Positions 10,925 through 20,533 of a DNA stretch of 64,000 nucleotides are shown one piece after another. Source of the stretch: an uncultured Bacilli bacterium (GTDB taxonomy: Bacteria; Bacillota_I; Bacilli_A; RF39; UBA660); NCBI GenBank assembly GCA_944359055.1, contig CALVSO010000004.1:508-64507 (forward strand), given 5' to 3'. Position 1 is the stretch's first letter. The number at the start of each line of letters is the position of its first letter. The notes beneath the pieces were generated by a model that worked only from the letters and a program-made list of their open reading frames with translations, ran no database searches and was not told where the DNA came from. The position numbers were made by a program, and so were the translations under genes.

Positions 10925-10969
10925 AAACAATATGAATGAAGAGTTATAACAACATAAATTTATTCTCAT
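10910..10969 (-). CDS. Putative 19-aa leader peptide MRINLCCYNSSFILFKKGN upstream of rel
   Basis: Strong SD (GAGGTGAGGAG) immediately before the ATG at 10969. The stop codon sits in the 5' arm of the terminator. Confidence 0.6.
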   Translation of the reverse strand: MRINLCCYNSSFILFKKGN

Positions 10970-10999
10970 ACTCCTCACCTCACTAAATAATTAAGTAGC

Positions 11000-11028
11000 A
11001 TTTTACTCTTATATTATTAAGTTGTCAA
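11000..11028 (-). promoter_or_regulatory. sigmaA promoter for the leader-rel-trpS unit
   Basis: TTGACA (11028-11023), 17-nt spacer, TAAAAT (11005-11000). Confidence 0.75.
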
Positions 11029-11043
11029 GATGTTAATTAAATT

Positions 11044-12828
11044 TTATTCTAAAACTGCTTTTATTCTTCTAACACCAGCTGAAGAACTTTGTTCTTTAAC
11101 AATTTTAAATTTTCCTAAAGATGATGTTCTTTCAACATGTGGACCACCACATAATTCTTTTGATACATCACCAATTGTATAAACTGTTACAACATCTGGA
11201 TAAGTTTCAATAAACATACATTCTGCTCCTGTTTTAACAGCATCTTCTTTATTCATTGTTTCTTTTTTAACTTCTAAATCTTCTTTTATCCATTTATTAA
11301 CTAAATTTTCTACTTCTAATTTTTCTTCATCAGTTAATTTATGGTCACAATTAAAATCAAAACGCATTCTTTCACTAGTTATATTACTACCCATTTGATG
11401 AATATTTTTATCAACAACAACTTTCAAAGCTGCATTTAATAAGTGAGTTGCTGTATGATATTTAGTTTCCATTTCTCCTGAAGAAGCTAAACCACCTTTA
11501 AATTCCCCAGATAACACTCTTGATTTTTCTTGATGTTCTCTAAACTTTTCTTTGAAAGCATCAGTATCTACTGAAAGACCAATTTCACTAGCTAATTCTA
11601 TTGTTAACTCAACAGGGAATCCATAAGTATCATATAATTTAAAACTATCTGGTCCATTAATTACTTTAACATTATTATTTATAAGTCTATTAGTAAGTTT
11701 ATAAAATTCATTCATTCCAGAATTTATAGTTTTTTCAAACTTATCGATTTCTTTTTTTAATTCGGTTAAAATGAAATCTTTTGATTTAATTAAATTAGGG
11801 TAAACATCACCATAAACATCATCAATAAAATTATTAGCTATTTCATAAAATACATCTGTTTTTATATTTAATTTTTTAGCTTGAACAACTGCTCTTCTTA
11901 TTAATCTACGAAGAATATAACCAGCTCCTATATTAGAAGGAGTTAAATGTTTTTCATCACCTAAAAGCATAATACTAGTTCTTATATGATCAGCTATAAT
12001 ACGCATTGATATAGTTGTTGATTTTTCTTCATTATATTTTTTACCTGTTTCTTCTTCTAATATTTTTATTGCACCATTAAATAAATCAGTTAAATATACA
12101 TCACCATTAGTATTTAAGAATGCTAACATTCTTTCTAATCCCCAACCAGTATCAACATTTTTGTTTTTTAATGGTTCATATTCATTATCACTTATTCTAT
12201 CATATTGCATGAAAACATCATTACCTATTTCAATGAAATGACCACAATCACATGAAGGATTACAATTAGGTCCACATGGTTCTTTATCAGTTATATAAAA
12301 CATTTCACTATCTGGTCCACATGGTCCTCTTTCTAATTCCCACCAATTATGTTCCTTAGGTAAATAATAAATATTTTCTTTTAAGAATCCTGATTCTTCT
12401 CTTAATTTAGCAGTTTCTTCGTCTTTTGGTACATTTTCATTACCACTAAATACTGTAGCAGCTAATCTATCTTTAGGTAAATCAAATACTTGAGTTAATA
12501 ATTCATAACTCCAAATAGTTCTTTCTTTTTTAAAATAATCACCTAAACTCCAACTACCAAGCATTTCAAAAAATGTTACGTGACTAGAATCACCCACTGA
12601 TTCAATATCATTTGTTCTTACGCATCCTTGAACATTACATAATCTTTTTCCCTTTGGATGTTCTTTTCCTAATAAATAAGGCATCAAAGGTTGCATACCT
12701 GCTACATTAAATAAAACACCTGTAGTTCCATCACCTATTAAAGAAACTGCCCCAATATCAACATGACCTCTTTGTTCATAAAATTTAATCCATTCTTTTC
12801 TAAGTTCTTTAGAAGACATTTTTTTCAC
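11044..12828 (-). CDS. alaS: Alanine--tRNA ligase, short form lacking the C-Ala domain
   Basis: LFNVAGMQP, TFFEMLGSWSLGDYFK, GPCGPDSE and DTGWGLER. Editing motifs HTATH and ELCGGPH. Ends at GVRRIKA. GTG start. Confidence 0.96.
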   Translation of the reverse strand: MKKMSSKELRKEWIKFYEQRGHVDIGAVSLIGDGTTGVLFNVAGMQPLMPYLLGKEHPKGKRLCNVQGCVRTNDIESVGDSSHVTFFEMLGSWSLGDYFKKERTIWSYELLTQVFDLPKDRLAATVFSGNENVPKDEETAKLREESGFLKENIYYLPKEHNWWELERGPCGPDSEMFYITDKEPCGPNCNPSCDCGHFIEIGNDVFMQYDRISDNEYEPLKNKNVDTGWGLERMLAFLNTNGDVYLTDLFNGAIKILEEETGKKYNEEKSTTISMRIIADHIRTSIMLLGDEKHLTPSNIGAGYILRRLIRRAVVQAKKLNIKTDVFYEIANNFIDDVYGDVYPNLIKSKDFILTELKKEIDKFEKTINSGMNEFYKLTNRLINNNVKVINGPDSFKLYDTYGFPVELTIELASEIGLSVDTDAFKEKFREHQEKSRVLSGEFKGGLASSGEMETKYHTATHLLNAALKVVVDKNIHQMGSNITSERMRFDFNCDHKLTDEEKLEVENLVNKWIKEDLEVKKETMNKEDAVKTGAECMFIETYPDVVTVYTIGDVSKELCGGPHVERTSSLGKFKIVKEQSSSAGVRRIKAVLE

Positions 12829-12946
12829 TTTTAATCACCTTTTTCAATAACGTTATTATTGTACCATAAAATGTTTTAATTAGTAAATAAATTTATCAAC
12901 ATCTATGATAAAATTTATTTGTAAATATACAATTTAATCAAAAATA

Positions 12947-12970
12947 AAGAACTACCTATAGGTAATTCTT
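12947..12970 (-). terminator. Intrinsic terminator after the BRO gene
   Basis: AAGAACTACC-TATA-GGTAATTCTT hairpin followed by a U-rich tail on the minus strand. Confidence 0.6.
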
Positions 12971-13028
12971 CTATATTAAACAATATGATTAATGTTATTT
13001 CAAAATATGATATAAATTATAAAACTAA

Positions 13029-13865
13029 TTAATTTTCTTCAATATATTTTATTCCAATATTATTATTGTTTGTTATAGCACTATTTCCAGTTTCTTGTTC
13101 ATATAATAATCTAGTATTTTTAGCTACATTGCCACCTCTTCTAGCAACATTCATATTTTCTTTTAATCCAAGTGGCTTTTCTTTTTTAGCAATATCTCTT
13201 GTTGTTATTTCTCCTATATCAGTAAGAGCAATTTCAATATCACTCATATTATCTCTTAATGATTCTTTTCTTAATCCTTTAAAATTTTTATATTCATTAG
13301 CCTTCATTCCTGACCAAGTTTTATATATTTCATTTGTTAATATTGCATATTCATAATTTTGATTAATTCCATTCTCTTTCCATACATCAGTTAATTTTTT
13401 TCTATTAAGTATTCCCTTTAATCTAACTTCAATCCAACTATTAGCATAACCTTTATTTCGATAATAATCTATTGCTCTATTAATAGCTTTTTCTGGATCA
13501 AATACTTCATAAATTCTTTCTTTACCTAAATTAGCTAACCACATTTTAAACGGTTCTGCTTTGGAACTTGGAATTGATTCGATAAGTCTTAAAATATTTG
13601 TTGTATCCATTGCATCACGCATACGAATTTTACCATCAGAAGATAACATTTTTAACTGACTACAATTTGTAGTCACTTGACTTCCTTCTTTTTTTAATCG
13701 ATTTTTTAAGACTGACCAATACTTTCTTGGATTAGTGCTATCAGTTAATGCTTTAATTACATCAACAACACTAAAATAATAATCTTCTTTTTCACTATTC
13801 CAAATACTTCTAATTTCCGCTCCTTCAAATAAATTTGTAATTGTTTTTAAATTGTTTTCTTTCAA
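13029..13865 (-). CDS. BRO-N domain DNA-binding protein (phage antirepressor-like)
   Basis: FEGAEIRSIW...YFSVVDVI..LT....PRKYWSVLK, RLIESIPSSKAEPFKMWLA and ESLRDNM. Confidence 0.85.
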   Translation of the reverse strand: MKENNLKTITNLFEGAEIRSIWNSEKEDYYFSVVDVIKALTDSTNPRKYWSVLKNRLKKEGSQVTTNCSQLKMLSSDGKIRMRDAMDTTNILRLIESIPSSKAEPFKMWLANLGKERIYEVFDPEKAINRAIDYYRNKGYANSWIEVRLKGILNRKKLTDVWKENGINQNYEYAILTNEIYKTWSGMKANEYKNFKGLRKESLRDNMSDIEIALTDIGEITTRDIAKKEKPLGLKENMNVARRGGNVAKNTRLLYEQETGNSAITNNNNIGIKYIEEN

Positions 13866-13955
13866 AATTGATTCCTCCTTTGCTTAAATAATTATATTAG
13901 TGGATAATGCAATTATATCAAACAAACGTTTTATAATCAATGGTTTTGAAATATT

Positions 13956-15089
13956 TTAATTAAAAATTTGTTTCAAATATCTTAAATATAATTCAAATAT
14001 ATTAGCTTTTTTAACATCTTCTTTGACTGTTAAATCTATTGTTCTAATAACATTGTTATCTTCTTTTAAAGTAAGTTTACCAACCACATCCCCCTTAGAT
14101 AATGGTGCTTTTAAATTATCTACTTCTACTTCATATGTAAAATTACCTGATCCATCATTTTTATTATATAAGTCATTTACTTCTTCCTTAGCAACTATAC
14201 CAATACTTTCTACTTTACCTTTTTCTACACTAACTTCTTCTAAAATTGTTTCAGTGTCAACTATTTTTTGTAATCCATATTGAGCATATACATAATCAAA
14301 TACACTTGATACATCTTTATTTCTTGTTTCACTGTCTGGTTCACCCATAACGACAGTAATTATTCGCATATCATTTATATTAGCAGTAGCAGTGATACAA
14401 AATCCTGCTTCTGAAGTATAGCCTGTTTTAAGTCCGTCAACACCTTTATAAAATCTAACTAATTTGTTAGTATTAACTAACCAAAATGATCTATCAGTTC
14501 CTTTTCTTAAATAATCTTCATAAATAGAAGTAAATTCAAATATTTTAGTATGTTTAACTAATTCTTTAGCCATTATAGCCATATCATAAGCAGTTGAATA
14601 ATGATTTGCTTCATCTAATCCATGACAGTTTTTAAAATTAGTATCTTGCAAACCTAATTCTTTAGCTCGATCATTCATCATTTTAACAAACATTTCTTCT
14701 GTACCAGCAATTTTTTCAGCTAAAGCAACAGCTGCATCATTACCTGAAGCAACAGCTAAACCCTTAAACATGTCATAAACACTCATTTGTTCTCCTGTTT
14801 CTAATAATATTTGACTACCACCCATACTAGATGCATTACTAGAAGTAGTTACTATATCGTCCCATTTAATAATATCTTTTTCAATTGCTTCCATAACTAA
14901 TAACATTGTCATTATTTTAGTCATACTAGCCGGATGTCTTCTTTCATGAGAATTTCTTTCATAAATAATTTCACCAGTAGTAGGTTCCATTACAATGACA
15001 CTAGAAGCATTAGTTGCAAGTTCCATAGCTCTTATATTAAAAGGAAGTAATACTAATAAAGATAATAAAATACCACATATTTTTTTCAT
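13956..15089 (-). CDS. dacF: D-alanyl-D-alanine carboxypeptidase, S11 family (DacF-like)
   Basis: Signal peptide, PASMTK (SxxK), SGND (SxN), GLKTGYT (KTG), and a PBP5_C tail. Confidence 0.85.
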   Translation of the reverse strand: MKKICGILLSLLVLLPFNIRAMELATNASSVIVMEPTTGEIIYERNSHERRHPASMTKIMTMLLVMEAIEKDIIKWDDIVTTSSNASSMGGSQILLETGEQMSVYDMFKGLAVASGNDAAVALAEKIAGTEEMFVKMMNDRAKELGLQDTNFKNCHGLDEANHYSTAYDMAIMAKELVKHTKIFEFTSIYEDYLRKGTDRSFWLVNTNKLVRFYKGVDGLKTGYTSEAGFCITATANINDMRIITVVMGEPDSETRNKDVSSVFDYVYAQYGLQKIVDTETILEEVSVEKGKVESIGIVAKEEVNDLYNKNDGSGNFTYEVEVDNLKAPLSKGDVVGKLTLKEDNNVIRTIDLTVKEDVKKANIFELYLRYLKQIFN

Positions 15090-15154
15090 CTAACTCACCT
15101 ATTAAAATTTATGAATTAAATTAAAAAAAATGTCAAAAAAATTAGGAATAAATC

Positions 15155-15676
15155 CTAATTATTATCTTTGATTAAATCTAAAAATGCATCAATATTTGTT
15201 TTTCTAATATTACCATTATTATTTATTAATTCCATAATTTCATCTTTTGAAAGATATTTTACATATTCAACTTCATCTAACTGTAATTTAAGTTTATTTA
15301 CGTCTATATCTTTTTTTATATAGAAAACATCTTTAAATGCATCTTCATATTTGTATGTTTTAAATAGTGTTATTTCACTAGAATCAATTTCTATTCCTAA
15401 TTCTTCTCTTATTTCTTCTATTATAGCTTCCATACTAGTTTGACCTGATTTTACATGTCCACCTGTTGTTGCCCAAACATTATTTTTTCTTTTAGAAGTC
15501 ATTTGAAATAAAAATTCCCCATTAGAGTTTTCTATAAAAGTTAATACAACTACTATGTATCTATTACCGGGAACTTTTAACTTAGTCCCTTTTTCTCTAA
15601 ATAATTTTTCACCAGTTAGTTTTTTATTTTCATCATATAAATCTGTATACTCACCATATTTTCCACTATTAATCAT
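15155..15676 (-). CDS. NUDIX hydrolase
   Basis: GGHVKSGQTSMEAIIEEIREELGI Nudix box (slightly degenerate). Confidence 0.88.
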   Translation of the reverse strand: MINSGKYGEYTDLYDENKKLTGEKLFREKGTKLKVPGNRYIVVVLTFIENSNGEFLFQMTSKRKNNVWATTGGHVKSGQTSMEAIIEEIREELGIEIDSSEITLFKTYKYEDAFKDVFYIKKDIDVNKLKLQLDEVEYVKYLSKDEIMELINNNGNIRKTNIDAFLDLIKDNN

Positions 15677-15720
15677 AATATCTTCTACCTTTTAATCAAT
15701 ATATATTTATATTATATAGT

Positions 15721-18333
15721 CTAATTCAAATATTGTTTTACAATTTCTAGTATATTGTTTAATTCTGTTAACAATATATCAAAATTATTTTGAACATATG
15801 TAGCATCATTTTCTTTACTTTTTAATTCATGTTGTAAACAAATATCTGCTAATTTATCAAATCCTAAATATCTACTTTCACTTTTTAAAGAATGAACTAA
15901 AATAGCATAATTTTCCATATCATTATTATTTTTAAAATTAGTTAAATTAGTTATTTTTTCATTTATACCATTAACATATTCTTTTAATATTTCATTATAA
16001 GTTTTAATATCACCTAATAATTCTAAACTAGAATTAATATTAATACCTTTTTCTTTTAAATAATTGATATTATTTTTATTAATATTTCTTTTTATTTTAT
16101 TATCTAATTTTTCTTTTATTAATGGTTTAGCAATATAATCATCAAATCCTTCATTTAAATATTTTTGTTCAGCTCCTTCTACAGCATCAGCTGTTAAAGC
16201 AATTACAACAGTATTAAAATTAGGATTTTCTTTCAATTTATGTAATGTTTGTACACCATCCATTTCTGGCATCATTATATCCATAAAAATTAAATCATAA
16301 TTATTATTACTTTTTTCTAAACATTCTTTACCACTTTCACAAAAATCAATATTAAATTTGTAAGGTTTTAAAAAGTTACAAGTTATAGTTATATTTACTT
16401 TATTATCATCTACTACTAATACTTTTTTATTACTATAATCAGTCATTTGATTTTCTACAACTTTAGTTTCAACATTTTGCGTAGATTTAGAGTTACCTAA
16501 ATATTTATTTAAAATATAAAATAATTTATCTTTTTCTATTGGTTTAGCTAAATAACCATTAAATCCTTTACTTAAATATTGTTCTTCCATTCCATTAATT
16601 GCATTAGCTGTTAAAACTATAACAGGTGTATTAAAATTAGGATTATCTTTCAATTTAACTAAAACTTCACTACCTTTCATTTTAGGCATCATATCATCTA
16701 ACAAAATCAAATCATAATTATTTAATTTTACTTTTTCTAAGCATTCTAATCCACTTTCACATGAATCAATAGTAGGATTATATTTAATTAATATTTTTTC
16801 AGCTACTTTAATATTTAATTTATTATCATCTACAATTAATATCTTTTTACCTGTTAAGTCTAAATTTGTATTAACATTTTCTTCTTTTTCTGGTTCTAAT
16901 TTAGCTAAAGATAATCTTTGATCAATAGCAACGGTAAATTCGGAACCTTCACCATAAACACTATTAACAACAATATTACCATTCATCATTTGAACTAATT
17001 GTTTAGTAATAGCCAATCCTAAACCAGTTCCTTCAATAGTTGTATTTCTATCTTCATCAACCCTTTGAAATTTAGTAAATAATTTAGCAATATCTTCTTT
17101 TTTAATACCTCTTCCTGTATCTTTAACAGATACAATTAAACGACATATTTGATTAGTTTTAACACATTTAACGTCTAAACTAATACATCCTTGATCAGTA
17201 TATTTAACAGCGTTAGTTAATAAATTAATCATTATTTTTTTTACATTTGTATGATCACCATATAAAACTTGTGGTAAATCTTCAGCAATATTTACTTTAA
17301 ATTCTAAAGGTTTATCACCAATTCTTACTCTAATTAATTTAATAACATCGTTAAGTAATTTTTTGATATCATAATCATTTTCTACTAACTCTAATTTACC
17401 TGCTTCTATTTTCGATATATCTAATATACCATTTACAATTTCTAACAAAGTATTTGATGCAGTTATAACATCTTTAGCATTATCTTTAGCTTCTTCTAAA
17501 CTATTGGCATTTATAATACAATCAGAGAAACCTACTATTGCATTTAATGGAGTTCTAATTTCATGTGACATACTAGATAAAAAGTCACTTTTAGCTCGAT
17601 TAGCTTTTTCAGCCGTATCTTTAGCAATATTTAATTCTTCTATCATTTTAACATCAGGATTTTCAATAGTGAAATACATTACTAAACAAGTAATTACTGT
17701 AGAAGGATTTATAATATAATTAAGTTGCGGGTAAAATATTTGAATTAACATTATCAAAATACCTTCAAAAATCAAAATAATAACAGGAATATATTTTCTG
17801 TTTCTTATTTTTTTAATATTTATTAGCATTAATACTATTAATAAAAAATAAACAAAAGCAAAAAACATATAAGTATAATTCATAGCTAATCCTTCAACGG
17901 TAGTTGAAACATTATTATTTTTTACACTTAAAGGTAAAAGAATTACAATTAAGGCATTTAAATTTCCTAATAATACATATATTCTATTAAATAATTTAAT
18001 TTTTTTTTCGTCGCTATAGGTAATACAAAATGTATAAAATGCAAAAGTTGATATCGTAAAAATCAATCCTATTAAATATAATTTATTAAATATTATTATA
18101 CTTATATTTTTATAAGCACTATCTAAATCTAAAAAAATTCCTAAAATTAAACCAAATAATATCGTAATAATACTTACGGTTAATAATTTTCCATAAGTTT
18201 CATCTTCAATATTATGCATTCTATTTTTTCCAAAAAAAACAATACTTAAAATAATCAAAACTATTAAAGCATAATTATTTAGTAATAAAAATCCTTCATT
18301 AGCCATATCTAAATCCTCCCAAACTATTTTCAA
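15721..18333 (-). CDS. Membrane hybrid sensor histidine kinase (multi-TM, HisKA, HATPase, 2 REC, Hpt); likely start is the ATG at 18306
   Basis: SHEIRTPLN, NLLTNAVKYT, DTGRGI and GTGLGL. Two VDDN...D.MMP...KP receiver domains. VHSLKSES (Hpt). Confidence 0.93.
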   Translation of the reverse strand: MKIVWEDLDMANEGFLLLNNYALIVLIILSIVFFGKNRMHNIEDETYGKLLTVSIITILFGLILGIFLDLDSAYKNISIIIFNKLYLIGLIFTISTFAFYTFCITYSDEKKIKLFNRIYVLLGNLNALIVILLPLSVKNNNVSTTVEGLAMNYTYMFFAFVYFLLIVLMLINIKKIRNRKYIPVIILIFEGILIMLIQIFYPQLNYIINPSTVITCLVMYFTIENPDVKMIEELNIAKDTAEKANRAKSDFLSSMSHEIRTPLNAIVGFSDCIINANSLEEAKDNAKDVITASNTLLEIVNGILDISKIEAGKLELVENDYDIKKLLNDVIKLIRVRIGDKPLEFKVNIAEDLPQVLYGDHTNVKKIMINLLTNAVKYTDQGCISLDVKCVKTNQICRLIVSVKDTGRGIKKEDIAKLFTKFQRVDEDRNTTIEGTGLGLAITKQLVQMMNGNIVVNSVYGEGSEFTVAIDQRLSLAKLEPEKEENVNTNLDLTGKKILIVDDNKLNIKVAEKILIKYNPTIDSCESGLECLEKVKLNNYDLILLDDMMPKMKGSEVLVKLKDNPNFNTPVIVLTANAINGMEEQYLSKGFNGYLAKPIEKDKLFYILNKYLGNSKSTQNVETKVVENQMTDYSNKKVLVVDDNKVNITITCNFLKPYKFNIDFCESGKECLEKSNNNYDLIFMDIMMPEMDGVQTLHKLKENPNFNTVVIALTADAVEGAEQKYLNEGFDDYIAKPLIKEKLDNKIKRNINKNNINYLKEKGININSSLELLGDIKTYNEILKEYVNGINEKITNLTNFKNNNDMENYAILVHSLKSESRYLGFDKLADICLQHELKSKENDATYVQNNFDILLTELNNILEIVKQYLN

Positions 18334-18368
18334 CTATATTATAACACAAAACAATAAAAAAAAGGAAA

Positions 18369-20336
18369 TTACTTTCCTAATTTTTTTACAAATGGTTTCT
18401 TTATTTGATAAATGTTTATATTACCAACAGAAATATTAGTTTCTTCCATATCAACAGCTATTTCATCACCAGAAATTTCTTCTTTAGTAATAGCATTAAA
18501 ATCAATCTTACTATTTTTTGAAACAGGTAATTCAGTTCTAAATTTAAATCTTGTTGGAATTTGACGAGTAGAAACATTAGAATTATTAACAAATTGTTTT
18601 TGAATTATATCTTTTACTATTGATATTCTTTCTTCTTCTGTTAATTCTTTGTTATCGTCCAAAACAATATGAGCCATTGGCATCAATCCCATTTTTTCTT
18701 CATCTTGATATGGTGTAACGACGCAATATTTTATACCTTCATAATCTTTAATTATTTTTTCAATTTCATAAGGTTTTATTTTAAATCCATCATAACGTGT
18801 AAATGAGCGGTCACTTCTTGTTAAAAATTTCATTAATCCATTTTTATACATTCTTACAATATCTCGTGTGTAGATATAATCTACTCCATCATATTCAACA
18901 TGTGGGACAATAACTTTGTCATCTAATTTACCACTAGTTACAGCTCTTGAAGAAATCAATAATTCACCTTCAATATAGTCTTTACCATCTTCAAACTTAA
19001 TCATTTTTTTTGTTTCCGGATTAATTATCGCATATATCGTATTAGGCATTGGAATTCCAATGCTTCCAGGTTCATTATATGTAGATATTGCATAAGAAGC
19101 ACATCCACAAGTTTCTGACATACCATGTCCTTTAGTAATTTTTGCTGTACAATTATGTTCTTCTAAAAATTTATTAAAATTAATTTCATCTTCAACATCC
19201 ATTGAATCTCCACCATATGTAATCATTTTAATAAAAGATAAATCAGCATTTTTTAGACTTGAATCTTTCATCATAGCTAAAAACCAAGTTGGAGCCCCAA
19301 TAATTGTTTGTGGTTTATATTTTAAAATTAATTTACCAAAATTAGCTGGAGTAAATTCAGGTATTTGCAATAAATTATTTCCGTGACACAATCCTGCATG
19401 AACAACATCAACAACACCATAAGCAGCAAAATAAGGTAATACTTGTAAAGCTCTATCGCCAGGAGCCATAGTCATATTAGCTCCCATAGTTTGATGAACA
19501 TAAGCATTTAAATTGTCATTAGTTAATGGTATAGGTTTTGGCATAGGACTACTTGTTCCTGAAGTATGAACTATTAAATTTAATAAATCTTTTTGATATT
19601 CAATAGGATTTATACATGTAAAATTGCAATCTTTAACCAATTGTAAATATGGTACTATATTAATTTTAGAAGTTTTTTTAGCTTCTTCCATTAATGCTGA
19701 TATTCTTTTCATTTTTTCCAATTGAATTTTTAAATTTTTTATACCATTAAAACTAACGGTTTCACCAAGATAATTTAATTTTGACTTTAAATTCATTGAA
19801 TCACTTGCTGAAACAACAACAATATTTTCTACGCCTAATTCACGTAACTCATTTTCGATAGGTTTTAACATTCCCAAATAACATTGATCTAAAGCTATTA
19901 AATATTTTGCTTTTTCTTCTTGAAATAAAGATAGTATTTTTTTAGCACTTACTTTTAAATCAACACTATCAGGTCGTGGATCAACATAATCACATACTGC
20001 ACCTATTTGCGTTGTACCATATAATAAATATGCTGTTTCAGGTATATTAGGCATTAAATACATTATACGATCTTGATAATCTACTCCTAAACCACGTAAA
20101 GCCTTAGAAGCAGCATCAACATTATCATAAAATTGATTAAACCTAACTTCTTTTCCAAAATAGCTAATTGCTGTTAATTCTTCTCTTCCCTTATTTAATT
20201 TTTTTAAATAATCATAAATATGCATTTGTGGATATTCTTCTTTTAAAAATGCTTCATCATAATACTGATTCCACATTTGATCTTTACTTGGATATCCTGT
20301 TTTTAAATTTTCCATAAACTTCTCCCTTTTTTTCAT
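18369..20336 (-). CDS. Class I adenylate-forming (acyl-CoA synthetase-like) enzyme; likely start 20315
   Basis: HTSGTSSPMPK P-loop, GHGMSE, GFKIKPYEIE and LPVSKNSKID. Confidence 0.85.
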   Translation of the reverse strand: MKKREKFMENLKTGYPSKDQMWNQYYDEAFLKEEYPQMHIYDYLKKLNKGREELTAISYFGKEVRFNQFYDNVDAASKALRGLGVDYQDRIMYLMPNIPETAYLLYGTTQIGAVCDYVDPRPDSVDLKVSAKKILSLFQEEKAKYLIALDQCYLGMLKPIENELRELGVENIVVVSASDSMNLKSKLNYLGETVSFNGIKNLKIQLEKMKRISALMEEAKKTSKINIVPYLQLVKDCNFTCINPIEYQKDLLNLIVHTSGTSSPMPKPIPLTNDNLNAYVHQTMGANMTMAPGDRALQVLPYFAAYGVVDVVHAGLCHGNNLLQIPEFTPANFGKLILKYKPQTIIGAPTWFLAMMKDSSLKNADLSFIKMITYGGDSMDVEDEINFNKFLEEHNCTAKITKGHGMSETCGCASYAISTYNEPGSIGIPMPNTIYAIINPETKKMIKFEDGKDYIEGELLISSRAVTSGKLDDKVIVPHVEYDGVDYIYTRDIVRMYKNGLMKFLTRSDRSFTRYDGFKIKPYEIEKIIKDYEGIKYCVVTPYQDEEKMGLMPMAHIVLDDNKELTEEERISIVKDIIQKQFVNNSNVSTRQIPTRFKFRTELPVSKNSKIDFNAITKEEISGDEIAVDMEETNISVGNINIYQIKKPFVKKLGK

Positions 20337-20533
20337 TTTTCGCCGTTATTCTAACACAAACTAAAAATATTGTCAATTTTATGTGCTAAATAGCCTAAAT
20401 TGTGTCTCAAATACTAAGATACTTGTTTAAAATATTATATCATAAATTACTAAATGTGAAAATATTGTCAATTCTTATTTATTTCTAGACTTTAATTATT
20501 TTATATAGTATAATTTTATTAAGGTGATGATAT

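Noticed and set aside
9378-12900. T-box riboswitches before trpS and alaS
   Set aside because: The upstream regions are too short and lack the GGTGGNACC T-box motif. The same applies to asnS.
12961-13030. Possible decayed duplicate of the dacF 3' end downstream of the BRO gene
   Set aside because: Only weak AT-rich similarity, not distinguishable from chance by eye.
13899-13907. DnaA-box-like TTATCCACT
   Set aside because: A single imperfect copy with no cluster or origin context.
20365-20473. Repeated AAAATATTGTCAATT at ~20365 and ~20459
   Set aside because: Best explained as TTGACA -35 elements of minus-strand promoters in AT-rich DNA, not a mobile-element end.
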